A stretch of 64,000 nt of DNA, taken from positions 7,998,001 through 8,062,000 of the forward strand of contig NC_043004.1 in the NCBI RefSeq assembly GCF_006345805.1, written 5' to 3'. The DNA comes from Octopus sinensis. Taxonomy: Eukaryota. The translations under genes and the position numbers were made by a program. Below, piece after piece: positions 1-13,559 of the stretch; within the stretch, counting starts at the first letter, position 1; every line of letters starts with the position of its first letter. Below the pieces are notes generated by a model. It had not been told where the DNA came from, did not search any database, and saw nothing but the letters and a program-made list of their open reading frames with translations.

Positions 1-15
1 ATTAAGTCGATTGAA

Positions 16-337
16 GGCGCGTGGCTTAGTGGTTAAGGGCATTCAGCTCACGATTGTAAGGTCGTGAGTTCAATTCCCGGTGACGCGTTGTGTCCTTGAG
101 CAAGACACTTTATTTCACGTTGCGCCAGTCCACTCAACTGGCAAAAATAAGTTATACCTGTATTTCAAAGGGGCCAGCCTTGTCACACACTATCTCACGC
201 TGAATCTCCCCGAGAACTACGTTAAGGGTACACGTGTCTGTGGAGTGCTCAGCCACTTGCGCGTTAATTTCACGAGCAGGCTGTTCCGTTGATCGGATCA
301 ATTGGAACCGTCGTCGTCGCAACCGACGGAGTGCTCC
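16..337 (+). mobile_element. tRNA-derived SINE, family C (GGCGCGTGGCTTAGTGG head), near full length
   Basis: A-box TGGCTTAGTGG and B-box GAGTTCAATTCC; body CCTTGAGCAAG...GTAACCGACGGAGTGC recurs at 7665-8036 and 16061-16421. Confidence 0.85.
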
Positions 338-494
338 TTTAATTAAGTTGATTGTTTTTCCATTGTTACATCACGTAGACGTATTTAATTACACTCTCCA
401 CTCCATTTTTGGAACATTGAAGACAATCCAAATGTTGAATGACTGACAGAAATAAAACGTATTAAAATCATGAACGATTCGTTTGTTTTGGCGT

Positions 495-735
495 ATTTGC
501 CATAAGCGTCAGCGGAAGGTGCGCAGCGGTTTCGATTCCCGGACAGGGGTAGTTGGGGTGTTGCACTCATGACTGTAAAGTCGTCCTTTCGATTCCTGGA
601 CTGGGCGTTGCGTTGCGCTCTTGAACAAAATACTCCATTTCGCCTTTCTTGAGTTCACTTGGCTGTAAAAGGGTCCCCTGCGACGGACTCGCATCCGTTT
701 CAGAGGAAATGTTGTGACTCGTCATGGCTACCAGG
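495..735 (+). mobile_element. degenerate tRNA-derived SINE of another family
   Basis: B-box-like GGTTTCGATTCCC, then TTGAACAAAATACT and CCCTGCGACGGACTCGCATCC, a central-domain-like motif of ancient SINEs. Confidence 0.45.
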
Positions 736-1727
736 CAGCTGGAACCACGAGTTCTAGAACCCGAAACAGTAATGTTTAGGGGTTACCTTTACCATTTTTA
801 CATAAAAAACCTGTGAAAACCGAGTTAGTTGTAGTTCTAATGTTTTATAATGTTACTTACTGGTTGTAGTGTTATTGTGAAGTTAGGGTTTAGATTAGTT
901 ATGACTGGCGACAGATTGGTTATGACTGGAAACCAAATTCATACCTGCATAAAAACCGAAATTAATTCTGCAATTCTACGGAACGGAACTTAGAGACTTG
1001 TGTTTCTTTTGTATGTTTTATCAGCATTATTTAAGGACGCTACTAAGTTTATATTAGTATGTAGAATTAATTCATGCACTCTATAATGTATTAGACAATT
1101 TTTTTTACCAAACATTTATGGGAGAAATTTCCACTTTTTTCTTATTTTTATTTTCCTTTTTATTTTCCAAGACGCAACGAAAATTTTAGGAAAATAAAAA
1201 TAAGAAAAAAGTGGACATTTTACCGGTGAGTGTTTTAAATTATAAGGTACAAAAAGAAAATGACTCTCCCCAGACACAACAGAATATGCTTCAACACACG
1301 AGCTGATATAGAGAATCTTGCAAACCAAATCCAAAAACGAAATATTTATGGGAGAATTTTCGCAAACAGTTCGACAAAACAAACGGGATCAACTCTGACT
1401 GAAGCTGAATAAGATAGCACGATACAGAAATTGCGATTCTTTTATCGTAAGAGCGGCATGTTACCTCTACAAGTTATAACTTACAATTTATTCTAGCGAA
1501 GCCTTAAATAAAGTTTATCAATAGATTCATAGGTGAGGATGAATATGTATGTTTATATACATATATCTACATTTACTTACACACACACACAGAGACGTGC
1601 GCGCGCGCGGATGAAGCACAAACCTTTGCTTACCAAAATGAAACGCACATCAACCACACAAATATGAGTTATTCTTGAGAGCAAACATGCAGCATGTATG
1701 CACACACACACACACACACACACACAC

Positions 1728-1793
<66 letters not shown>

Positions 1794-2034
1794 ACACACA
1801 CACACACACAGACTTTGGTTATTTGTTCTCGGTGCCTTTGCAGTCGCCAGCTGAGACGTGAATACTGTTGGTGCTCCTACATTTGACCAGCAGAACATCC
1901 TGAATGTGATTGTGTGAGTGTGTGTGTGGGAGAGAGAGAGAGAGAGGAAGAGAGGAAGAGAGGAAGAGAGAGAGAGGGGGGAAGAGAGGAAGAGAGAGAG
2001 AGAGAGAGAGGAAGTGAGGAAGAGAGAAGTACGT

Positions 2035-2225
2035 GCATTTGGTTGATACTCGTTCGAGCAGAATAGACCGAAAGAAAGTGAAGTAATGGGGGAAATGAAG
2101 TGACTTGCTCAAGAATATAACGCGCGCCGCACGATACAGGAATCGAACCAGGATCGAACAGGAATCGAACCAACGAGCTTATGATCGTGAGCCAAGCAGC
2201 ATAACCGCTTGGATACGCGCCTTCG
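2035..2225 (-). mobile_element. diverged family C SINE head with triplicated B-box
   Basis: Minus strand reads GGCGCGTATCCAAGCGG...GGTTCGATTCCTG-TTCGATCCTG-GTTCGATTCCTG...TTGAGCAAGTCAC. Confidence 0.6.
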
Positions 2226-2614
2226 CATCTATGCTATCTTTTGTCTTTCGTTTGTTATAGTTATTGGGTTGCGGCTATGCTGGGGCACCGCTTTGAAGGG
2301 TTTAGTCAAAAGAAATCCACCCCGGAACTTATTGTATCAGACTCTGTTGCCGAAGGGTAAAGTTACGTGGACGAAAACAAACCAACACTGGTTGTCAGGT
2401 GATGAGGTGGTGGTGGCGGTGGGGGAACAAACACAGTCACGAAGACACACATTTATATACGACAGGTTTTTACAGTTTCTGTCTGTTAAATTCTCTCACA
2501 AAGCAGGAGATACTCAACCAAGATATCGCGCATTGGAATTGAACCCGGAATCTCGTGGTTCCAAAACAAGCTTCTTAATCACATAGTCATGCCCTATGCC
2601 TATAAATACACACA

Positions 2615-2760
2615 CATCCGAGACCGACTTTGCCTTTCATCCTTTCGGGGTCGATAAATAAAGTACCAGTTTCGCACTGGGGTCGATATAATCGACTTAA
2701 TCCCTTTGTCTGTCCTTGTTTGTCCCCTCTATGTTTAGCCCCTTGTGGGCAGTAAAGAAA
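2615..2760 (+). mobile_element. SINE family A, 3' part
   Basis: GACTTTGCCTTTCATCCTTTCGGGGTCGAT...CCCCTTGTGGGCAGTAAAG, the same as the 3' part of 3791-4018. Confidence 0.75.
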
Positions 2761-2769
2761 TATATAGAT

Positions 2770-3172
2770 AGGAGTGGCTGTGTGGTAAGTAGCTTGCTTG
2801 CCAACCACATGGTTCCGGGTTCAGTCCCACTGCGTGGCACCTTGGGCAAGTGTCTTCTACTATAGCCTCCGGCTGACCAAACCCTTGTGAGTGGATTTGG
2901 TAGACGGAAACTGAAAGAATCCCGTCGTATATATGTATATGTATGTGTGTGTGTGTGTGTGTTTGTGTGTCTGTGTTTGTCCCTCAACATCGCTTGACAA
3001 CCGATGCTGGTGTGTTTACGTCCCCGTAACTTAGCGGTTCGGCAAAAGAGACCGATAGAATAAGTACTGGGCTTCTAAAGAGTAAGTCCTGGGGTCGAGT
3101 TGCTCGACTAAAGGCGGTGCTCCAGCATGACCGCAGTCAAATGACTGAAACAAGTAAAAAAAAAGAGTAAAA
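2770..3172 (+). mobile_element. tRNA-derived SINE family B (CORE-like CCTTGGGCAAG motif, internal TG microsatellite), near full length
   Basis: Head GGAGTGGCTGTGTGG...GGTTCAGTCCC; tail CAAATGACTGAAACAAGTAAAA; inverted near-identical copy at 43885-44322. Confidence 0.85.
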
Positions 3173-3790
3173 GAGAGATACACGCACACACACACGCACG
3201 CACATACACACACGCACACACACACACACACACACGCACACACGCACACGCACGTACGCACGCGCGCGTTTGTGTGTGCCAGCACACATATTTTGTTTCC
3301 CTGATAACAGCAAAAGAAACGAACGGAAGTTCGAGAAAAAAAAAACATTAAAACAAATAAAGACGAGAATTGCTTTGGCGATCGAGAACAAAAGCTGCCT
3401 GCTGTGAGTTGGCGAAATGGTGAGACTCCGATTGTTGAGGATTCCACCTCGTACCGCCTACATTCTGATTTCGCTACTTCCGGACTTCGCTTCGGCATTC
3501 ATTCTCTTCAGAGACTGTAACATCAGCAATTATAATAAGTGATTCTATTTATTTGATATCGACTTCAACAAAAATATGCCTTGTGTTGAATTGAAGAAAT
3601 AAATCTAACAATAAAAAAGACTCGAAACCACAGAAGAAGCAAGCGGTACCAAAGGCAGGAAAAGCCATATAAGACATCTCATTCATCTCAGCAAATGCAA
3701 TTTTTTTTTCCTGTGTTAGAAAACGTACAACAAAGATGTGTTATTTAATGCACAACTTCCTTCATAGATATTAGTTTAAGAATATAGAAG

Positions 3791-4018
3791 GCGGCGAGTT
3801 GGCAGAACCGTTAGCACACCGGGCGAAATGCGTAGTCGTATTTCGTCTGCCGTTACGTTCTGAGTTCAAATTCCGCCGAGGTCGACTTTGCCTTTCATCC
3901 TTTCGGGGTCGATTAAATAAGTACCAGTTACGCACTGGGATCGATGTAGTCGACTTAATCCGTTTGTCTGTTCTTGTTTGTCACCTCTGTGTTTAGCCCC
4001 TTGTGGGCAATAAAGAAA
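3791..4018 (+). mobile_element. tRNA-derived SINE family A (GGCGAGCTGGCAGAA head)
   Basis: A-box TGGCAGAACCG and B-box GAGTTCAAATTCC; multiple copies in the window. Confidence 0.85.
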
Positions 4019-4671
4019 CAGATATTAGCTTAAGAATATAGAAAGAAATTGCCGTTGCAACCCCCTATGAAAATTAGAGTTTTTGCCAATTACTCGGTGA
4101 TTTATTATTCCGGTTTAAAGCAATTTAAAATTTGGTGTTGACGGTTATTCGCTTCTGAAAGACAGAAAAATGACTGGATGTGTTAAAATAATCTGACGAG
4201 AGAGAGAGAGAGAGAGAAAATGTTGCAGTTTTTCATTAAAAAAAAATTTTTTCTTTTAGATTGTTTACTCTTGTTTACAGACTTTTTAATTCCTAACAGA
4301 ATCCTGCTGCAAGAACATGGTAAACAAACAAATAAACAAAGTCTTGCAAAGAAATTCTTTTGGCAGTATTTGAGGCAATTGCAGCATTATATTACTGAGA
4401 GCGCTGAAGCAAAGAAATAGTAATAAGTTGCTAAGCCGACAATAGATGGATTAGTAATAAAGTAGAATGGGAAGGGTTTTGCAGCTGCGGGTTTCGTGTC
4501 AAGGCTTGAACTAGATTTAAGGAAGTTTAAAAGAAAATGGTGGCAAGGATGGAATTCGCAAAAATATAAAAATATTTACATGTAACAGGAACATAATTTC
4601 AGAGTCATTGGAAATAAATGTAAGGACACACACCACACATCACCCCCCCCCCCCACACACACGACACACAC

Positions 4672-4722
<51 letters not shown>

Positions 4723-4737
4723 GCGCATACATATTAC

Positions 4738-5525
4738 TCTTATTTTACATATTACAATTATTTTATCGAATGCTTTGGCGAAGCGCTAAGTTATTTATCG
4801 AACGTTTGGCGAAACGCTAAGTTATTTCATCGATCATCTTTGGCGAACCGCTAAGTTATTTTATCGATCACGTTTGGTGAACCGCGAAGTTATTTTATCG
4901 TTCTCCTCTGGCGAACCACTAAGTTATTTTATCGAACCTCTTTGCCGAAACGCTAAGTTATTTTATCGATCACGTTTGGCGAACTGCTAAGTTATTTTAT
5001 TGATCACCTTTGGCGAACGTCTAAGTTATTTTATCGATCTCCTTTGGCGAACTGCTAAGTTATTTTATCGGTTACATTTGGTGAACCGCTAAGTTATTTT
5101 ATCAATCACGTTTGGCGAACCGCTAAGTTATTTTTTCGATAACGTTTCGCGAATCGCTAAGTTATTTTATCGATATCCTTAGGTGAACCGTTAAGTTATT
5201 TTATCGATCTCTATTGGTGAACCACTAAGTTATTTTATGATTGGACTCCTTTTGCCCGATTTCAATCTAATTTTCAACATGGTAAATTGGAAGCGGATTT
5301 GTAATTTAAGCGCGGAAATCTAATTTTTCAGAAATGGGTGATAGATAGATAGAGAAAGATAGAGAGTAAGAGAAAGCGAGGGAAAGTCCGAGATAAAGGA
5401 AGAGTAAGAGAGTGGGAAAGTGAGAGAGAAAAGAGAGAGAAACAAAGAGGGAGAATGTGACGATAAGAAACAGAAAGTAACAACCACACCCTCACCCTCG
5501 CGTGGAGCGGGTCACCTTAAGCTAG
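4738..5525 (+). mobile_element. non-autonomous Helitron with internal 34-bp minisatellite
   Basis: 3' hairpin ACCCTCGCGTGGAGCGGGT followed by CTAG|T (5522-5525); the 3' ~180 bp matches 8903-9100 in inverted orientation. The 5' TC at 4738 is tentative. Confidence 0.65.
4758..5238. repeat. 34-bp minisatellite, ~14 copies
   Basis: Unit consensus TTATTTTATCGATCACGTTTGGCGAACCGCTAAG, read and counted by eye. Confidence 0.92.
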
Positions 5526-6041
5526 TATAATATAATAAATGCGAAAACTAATTTTTGTGTCAGTATATTTGTGTCACACTTAGCCCCCCCCCTCTCTCAC
5601 TATTCAGTGACATTACTACTATTTCTTATGATGGGGTGAGAGTAATAGTGGACATAGAGACAGTGAGGGCGGTGGCGAAGACAAAGAGAGCGAGCGAGAG
5701 AGAGAGAGAGAGAAAGCAAGACAAAGAAATCTAGGGAGAGTTGATGATGCTTTATTAAAAGCAGCAGTGCCATATGAGAGAAAGAGGGAGATGATGAACA
5801 ACTTTGTTTAGCCATGTCTCTTTGACAGAAATTCCTGTCACCAACATACTGAACACTATCATTTTTTTTTTGCTTTCTTTAATACATACATACATACATA
5901 CATACATACGTACATACGTATATATATATACACACCACACGCATATATATAAAGTACACTTTAATTGAAATAAAGTTTCCCCAAAATGAAACATATCTGA
6001 TATAATAAATGTCAGTGTGTCACACTTTTTCAACTTTAATA

Positions 6042-6249
6042 AATCCTTTCTACTGGAAGCACAAGGCTCAAATTTTGGTGAGGAAGGGATTTAATCGATT
6101 ACATTGACCCCAGTACGTAACTGGTACTAATTTTATCGACCTTGAAAAGATGAAAGGCAAAGTCGGCAGAATTTGAACTCAGAACCTAATGGCAGACGAA
6201 ATACCGCTAAGCATTTCGCCCAGCGTGCTAACGATTCTGCCAGCTCGCC
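6042..6249 (-). mobile_element. SINE family A
   Basis: Reverse complement of the 3791-4018 family, ending in CTGCCAGCTCGCC. Confidence 0.85.
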
Positions 6250-7664
6250 ACTACATGCATGCATCTGTCAACATTTATATAATAATATATAGCCACACTG
6301 AAACAGATTAGGTTCACAGCCCAAATATTCTGTAGTGACGTAATCTTTCCAATCAAATCCCATCCAATCCTATCCATGCCCAGTTTAAAATTTCACAAAA
6401 GAAAAAGTACTAAAACCAGCACCAATTTCGAATATCTGTCTGACTTACACTATGATAGTTTGAACTATATTATCTATAAACATCCTTTTGTGAACACTAA
6501 AACAGTAAAACGTCCCTCAAGTATATATATATATATATATATAAAGATACTTGGTTTGTCACAAGAAAAATCTTAAGCCAATACATATAATGACCTGGAT
6601 ATGACAAATCTATTTACCTCTTTACTTTCACACATAATTAAATTCCAAAATAATTACAAAATTCGTCTATCAAAGCAGAAAAACTCTCTCTATCATACCT
6701 TTCTCTCTACACATATCATATAAACACATGCTTCTCCTAACCTCCTCTATTTCCCTCTTCCACGCAACCACTTCCCCTGTCTATCCATACCGCATCTAAT
6801 TCTTATTCACATTGCTTCACCAGCCAAAAGCACTTCTGTTAATAAATTTTCTCCTTCCTTGAAAAAGAAAGTAGCTATTAAGCTGCAATTAAAATTCAGT
6901 CCTATTGAAATTTCGTAGCAAAATAATTTTGACTATATGTGCCGAGCAGAAATCTCGTCAATCCAATCCACAACGAGAGAACTGACCGAATTTGGAATAA
7001 AATTCATTTCGAATTTTTGACGTCTAAGTCCAAAGCTTTCTAATGAATTCACATATAATGTACATAAGACTTAGAATTTCAAACTATTTAATATTCTTCT
7101 ATTTCTAAAAACATTTCGTTTGTTTTATTTTACAATTTCTTTTTGTGAAATACCAACCGGAAATACATGCCAGTTTGTCGAGATTGTATTAACAAACTAA
7201 CATGAAGAAAATTAGAATTAAAGATGGAAGAAATGCTAAAGAAAAAAAAAAGAAATATAAAATAAAATATATTGTACTATAAAACACTAAAGAAAACTGT
7301 TCGCATTTTATTCCTTCTTGGCTGGTGTTGAGGGAGCAAAGAGAGATTCAGTGGCAAAAATTTTAAATAACAAATAAACATAATTAAACAAAAAATGGTG
7401 TAATTAGCGAAATGTGAAATATGAAGCTAAAAGTGACAAAAGGTTTCTTATATACGAACACTGCCGCTATGTATATTCATTTAAAATATCTTTTCTGTTA
7501 CTGAATTCCATTTCGTTGATAAATAAACACTTAAAGACTGTAACAAACATTTAGCATAAAGTAAAACTAACACTGAAAAGGCCGAGACGGATTTTCTCCG
7601 TCAAAATTATGATTCTGTTCCTTGCTTGAGGCACGAGTTTTCAATTCAGTGGCTTTTAAATCGC

Positions 7665-8036
7665 GGCAGTCCGTCGGTTACGACGACGAGGGAGTTGATC
7701 CGATCAATGGAACAGTCTGCTCGTGAAATTAACGTGCAAGTGACTGAGCACTCCGCAGACACGTGTACTCTTAACGTAGTTCTCAAGGAGATTCAGCGTG
7801 ACACAGTGTGTGAAAAGGCTGGCCCATTTGAAATACAGGTACAAAAGAAACGGGAAGAAAGAGTGAGAGAAAGTTGTGGTGAAAGAGTACGGCAGGGTTC
7901 GGCACCATCCCCTGCTGGAGCCTCGTGGAGCTTTGGGTGTTTTCGCTCAATAATCACTCAGAACAACCGGTCTGGGAAGCGAAACCGCGATTCTACGACC
8001 ACGAGTCCGCTGCCCTAAGCATTGGGCCATTGCGCC
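7665..8036 (-). mobile_element. SINE family C
   Basis: Reverse complement matches 16-337. Confidence 0.85.
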
Positions 8037-8092
8037 TTCACGGCTTTTAAATGCATTTACAACAGCAGTAGCAACAGCAGCAGCAACAACAA

Positions 8093-8378
8093 CAGATGGG
8101 TTACAGCAAATATTCTGCTCAGTGTCACAGGTTTTCTTGTCAATTGCTTGACCGTAACCAGTTGAGCATGTCCCTTGGGGACTGACAATATGTGCATCCC
8201 TGATCACGGACAGAAGTAGTGTGGGAACATTACAACCATGTGTTAAGAGGGATTCATTGAGGTTTGAATAACCCTAACCCCTGGAAACATGGCAGTTTTG
8301 TTCATTATCTTTAAACAACTCTTATGTAGGGACCTTTTGAGAGGAAAGGCCTACTCGACCTGAAGAAAATTCTAACTG

Positions 8379-8382
<4 letters not shown>
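8093..8382 (+). repeat. partial copy of the ~560-bp non-coding interspersed element seen at 47325-47882
   Basis: GATGGGTTACAGCAAATATTCTGCTCA...GAAGAAAATTCTAACTGGGC aligns to about 47420-47705; cut off by a family B SINE head. Confidence 0.8.
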
Positions 8383-8643
<261 letters not shown>

Positions 8644-8659
8644 TTTAATATATTATTAT

Positions 8660-8705
<46 letters not shown>

Positions 8706-8902
8706 TATATATATATGCAATATGTGACAATTATTCGGTAGCCATGATAAAACTCCGAGTTTCGGATGCCGAGGTGGAAATCCACGCCACCCTCTCTTCA
8801 GTTATCCGGCCATTTTTTTCATAGCGTTGTTCCGTTGTTCCGATTTATAAATATATAAATATATAAATCTCTAATTTAATATAATATATATATATATATA
8901 TA

Positions 8903-9668
8903 CAAGCCTAAGGTGACCCGCTCTACGCGCGGGTGAGAGTGTGGTTGTTACTTTCTGTTGCTTCCTTTGTTTTTTATCACCACAGTCTCCCTCTTTGTTT
9001 CTCTCTCCTTTCTCTCTCACTTTCCCACTCTCTTACTCTTCCTTTCTCTCAGACTCTCCCCCGCTTTCTCTTACTCTCTATCTTTCTCTATCTCTCTCTC
9101 TCCCATTTATAAACAACAAAAGATCTTTAGTAAGTTGAGAAATAAAATATTTTGAAAGATCAATCATAAATATCAGGCAATGGCAACGGAAAGGTCTGCT
9201 TCAAGGCAGATAGCAAAACACTAACATTTAAAAGGGACAGACGAACTTGCGAGCTGAATAAAAATAAAAAATATTGGAAACCAAAGTTTGAAGGGATAGA
9301 ATCTGAGGATAGTAGAGTCACTTTGGCTGGCATTTCTTAACGACGGACATCAACGTAGTGGCAGTTTAACGGCTGGCGTAAAATTTTGAACTTGATGTAA
9401 AAGAAAATTCCTAAACACAGAGTTTTGAAGCGATTCTTTCTCAAGACAGTAGACTCACCATGGCAAGCATTCAAAACTTCATCATGAACGGTAATACATT
9501 GAAGATTTAAAGGCTGGCGCAATTTTTTTAGCTTGATGTAATAGAGAATTCCTAAACACCCGCTCCTGTAAATTTTAATCCCCTTCCAGCCCCATTTAGA
9601 CCGCTTTTCACATTTTGGTTAATATAACCCGATTTCATTCGGGTCTAATCGGGCCATATTTTATAAGA
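8903..9668 (-). mobile_element. complete non-autonomous Helitron (~766 bp)
   Basis: Minus strand starts A|TCTTATAAAA and ends with the hairpin ACCCGCGCGTAGAGCGGGT then CTTG|T (one change from CTAG); internal ~55-bp direct repeat at about 9365 and 9505. Confidence 0.75.
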
Positions 9669-9795
9669 TGAGGAATTTTGTCCCAGAGGTCACGCCTTTC
9701 ATTTGAGGAAAAAAAATAGTTGCATGCAAACTCGCCAGCACTTTTAACATAGGTGTGCATATCTTCAGCTCAACCGACCACATAATGCAGACATT

Positions 9796-9890
<95 letters not shown>

Positions 9891-10076
9891 TATATACGCA
9901 TTATATATACAAATGTATACAAATTATATATATATATAATACAGATATATACACTTTGTATATATACATTATATATACATATTTATTTATAGAACACACA
10001 CACATACACACACACATATAAATTAACCCAATAAATATCTGATCATAATATTTGTTCTCATGATTGTGTGGTAGTG

Positions 10077-10176
10077 NNNNNNNNNNNNNNNNNNNNNNNN
10101 NNNNNNNNNNNNNNNNNNNNNNNNNNNNNNNNNNNNNNNNNNNNNNNNNNNNNNNNNNNNNNNNNNNNNNNNNNNN
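10077..10176. other. assembly gap (100 N)
   Basis: Run of 100 N. Confidence 1.
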
Positions 10177-10385
10177 GTTTTTTCACACTTTACTATTTTC
10201 TTATATATATATATGTATATGTTTGCATGTATGTTTGTGTATGTATGTTATATATGTATGGTTACCTACGAACATGTGTTTCTATGTATGTACATGCGAA
10301 CGGTATAGGTTAGATCATATGACCATTAGGGATTTGACATCAAACAGGAATACCAACGTTCAGACCATCATCAGCTAATCTTCGT

Positions 10386-10820
10386 CCCCACCACCATCAC
10401 CACCATCACCACCATCACCACCATCACCACCACCATCCCTCAGATCATCACCACCATCACCACCATCACCACCATCACCACCATCACCACCACCATCCCT
10501 CAGATCATCACCACCATCACCATCAGCATCACCATCATCATGATCATCATCATGATCATCATCATCATCATCACCACCACCGTCACCATCCCTCAGATCA
10601 TCATCACCATCACTACCATTACCACCATCACCATCGCCATCACCATCACCATCACCATCACCATCATCATCATCATCATCATCACCACCACCAATACCAC
10701 CACCACCACCACCACCACCACCACCACCATGCTCAGATAATCATCATCATCACCACCACCACCACCACCACCGCGATGCTCAGATAATCATCATCATCGT
10801 CGTCATCATCATCACCATCA
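10386..10820. repeat. compound (CAC/CAT)n trinucleotide tract with a 60-bp exact duplication and recurring CTCAGAT motif
   Basis: 10388-10447 is repeated at 10448-10507; CTCAGAT occurs five times. Confidence 0.9.
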
Positions 10821-11124
10821 TTCCTATCTTCTTTACGTGTATAAAATTCTTCGTTTCCTCCTCCTCCTCCCTTCTCCTCCACCTCCCACCCCCGTCATCC
10901 TTATTATCATCCAGTTCCTAATTATTATTATCTCGTGCCTCCTCCTTTGTTTTACCTTCATCGTTATTCCGATCATCATTTTCAAAATCAACATTGTTGT
11001 CCTCCTCGTTTCACTACTGTCACCGCCTCTGACACTGCCACCACCTCAGCAACCATCCACACACCACACACAGCCAAAACACACCCACAAAGGAACACAT
11101 ACACACACAGCAGACAGACTCACC

Positions 11125-11730
11125 TATTTGGAAATCATTATTAATTACAATGGCGATATTGAAACTGACGTCAACCACGGAATTGGCAAAACCACGATGT
11201 ATTTCAGAGAATGCGCGCTTTCTGGTGCTGCAACACCAAAGGCTTACACACGAATTCATTCCTGCGCTTTAATAACATGGTTCGAGTAACAGTTCTCTCT
11301 GCTAGTGAGACATAGAAGAGTACCGTGAAAATAGAGAGAAAGCTAAATGTTTTTCCATTAAAAATGCTGGGGAAGGATTCTGAGAACACCCTGACAAAAG
11401 TACGTAACCATCGAGGACATTCTAAAGAGAGCTGACACAAGACCACTTAGGGAAATCATCACAGAACAAAGATTAGGATTGAAACTAGCAGGCTGCATAC
11501 TCAAGCTATCAGAACTACGCCATTCTAAAACATCTTCTAAATAGACACAAGCAGAAAAGAAAAAGCATGAGAGGAAAACGGAAATCTGCATGGCACATTC
11601 ACAACCGACATGCGAAAGGCCAATATCACGTGGCCGGATACAAGGAAAACTTCAGTCAAGAGAAAACAATGGCGTCAATTTGCTGCCGAATGTGTTCGAG
11701 AGCAGAGGAGATGTTGAATCTAATTCCGAC
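11125..11730 (+). mobile_element. RTE-clade LINE 3' fragment, decayed
   Basis: Translation YLEIIINYNGDIETDVNHGIGKT resembles the post-RT YLG...EI..RI.KA region; decayed LRW.GH-type C-terminus. Confidence 0.6.
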
Positions 11731-12139
11731 CGTTGATATAAGAAGTTGGTTGTGATTGGTTGCATGTTGAACAGAAAGTATGACTGGGCGGTCGTCTACT
11801 GGCATTCCGTAACAAAAGTTTATTTTCTCAGTTCAAACACCACCGAGATCGATATACTGGATTCGTTTGTATCGATTTAAAATTGCTGGCCTTGTGCCTA
11901 AATCAGAAACCAGCCCGAAAGAATAGTTGCTGGTCTTTAGCAGAGAAATGGAAAGGAGATTGGTGAGGAGTGGCCATCTATTTAGCGTCCTTTTCTACCC
12001 TTAAATCACACACACATACATACACGCGCACAAACACACACATACACACACACATACCACATACACATATCTATCAGCTAATGTTTGTTTTTATGCATGA
12101 TTATTTATAACAGCAATAAATATGCACACATATATAATA

Positions 12140-12536
12140 CTAGCAGTATCGCCCGGCGTTGCTCGGGTTTGTAAGGGAAATAACTATATAAGCATTTTTA
12201 GAGATGTAAAGTATAATAGCCATCTCAATATAGCTAACCACAAAGGGGGGGGGGTGTTACTGTAGCTTTTTACGTTCTGAGATTTACTAATACATTTTTA
12301 GAGAGTTACTTCCCTTATATAATAGCAAAAAATGCATTAAAAATGGAAAAAATGATGGTAAATCTTTTTTTAAATCGTAGACTCATCGTAGACGCGCGCT
12401 AATACCCAGAAGGGCTCGATATGAATCACAACTATAAGATACCCGCTTTTGGTTACACTGCACCGCAAAATGTGGGAGTAGTTAGGAATTTAAATCGTAG
12501 GAGACAGACACACAACTTCACTTTTATATATAAAGA
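12140..12536 (-). mobile_element. complete non-autonomous Helitron (~397 bp)
   Basis: Minus strand runs A|TCTTTATATATAAAAG ... CCCGAGCAACGCCGGGCGATACTG-CTAG|T: TC/CTAG termini, subterminal hairpin and an AT target. Confidence 0.85.
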
Positions 12537-13204
12537 TATATATATATAAAATATTGTTTTTTTCTTTCGAAAATGTTTCTTACAGAATTGCTTGGAAGTG
12601 CTCGGTTCAAACTTAAGACGTTAGACATTACATAACTTGGTATAAGAAGAGACAAAACTTTAGATAATCATTTTATATTTATAATTTACACAACATAATA
12701 AATACATAAATACATACATAGCTATAACATAAACTTACAAGACAAGGAACATATATATATATATATATATATAACGTTTGTATGTAGGTATAATATGGCT
12801 TTACTATTATGAGTCGATGCCTCCTATCAATATGGCACAATTTTCTTTCAAGCTGTTCTCCTCCTCCATCACATGTTCAGTCGGATGGACTGAAAGCGAT
12901 TTTGCTTCTGGGGACATTTCTTTGCCCCTTGTACTGAAGCACCCTTGTTATTATGGCCCTTGTCTCCTACTGCGTCTGTTACACTTTACAAACACTGTTT
13001 CCATAGCTTTGCTATTTGGATAGCTCCTGGCACTCCTTATTATGTGCAAATGTTCCCGTCAGCCGGGCATAACGCATTAATCAGAGCAGAAGTCATGCTC
13101 TATTGATCGTTGATGGTTATGTCAGGTCCCAATCGCAACGAACCGTCAATATTTTTGCTGATCTTGATATTGGCACCGCAATTCTTCCCCTCCTCCTTCT
13201 CTTC

Positions 13205-13337
13205 CTCCTTCTACAATTCTTCTTCTTCTTCTTCTTCTTCTTCTTCTTTCTTCTTCTTCTTCTTCTTCTTCTCTTCTTCTTCTTCTTCTTCTTCTTCTCT
13301 CATCATCATCATCATCTTCATCATCATCATCATCATC

Positions 13338-13376
<39 letters not shown>

Positions 13377-13425
13377 GTTATTATTATTATTATTATTGTT
13401 ATTATTATTGTTATTATTATTATAT
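13205..13425. repeat. compound (TTC)n(ATC)n(ATT)n microsatellite
   Basis: Direct reading. Confidence 0.95.
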
Positions 13426-13559
13426 TGAAGCGGGAGCTAATAGAATCGTTACCGCGCTGTACACAATGCTTAGTGGTGTTTCGTCCGTCTTCACGTTCTG
13501 AATTCAAATTCCACCGAGATTAACTTTGCATTTCATCTTTTCATGGCCAATGAAATAAG

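Noticed and set aside
1128-1216. Inverted repeat TTCCACTTTTTTCTTATTTT / AAAATAAGAAAAAAGTGGA
   Set aside because: A low-complexity A/T stem, most likely a DNA-transposon remnant; no further support.
1844-1913. Exon-like segment between TTTGCAG and GTGAGT; peptide DVN..APTFDQQ is vaguely cadherin-like
   Set aside because: All frames from the acceptor contain stops, the donor is the start of a (GT)n tract, and the cadherin DxNDN motif is absent.
4758-5238. CRISPR-like look: constant CTAAGTTATTTTATCG with a more variable middle
   Set aside because: The variable parts are short and homologous to each other, the period is a fixed 34 bp, the context is eukaryotic and there are no cas genes. It is a minisatellite.
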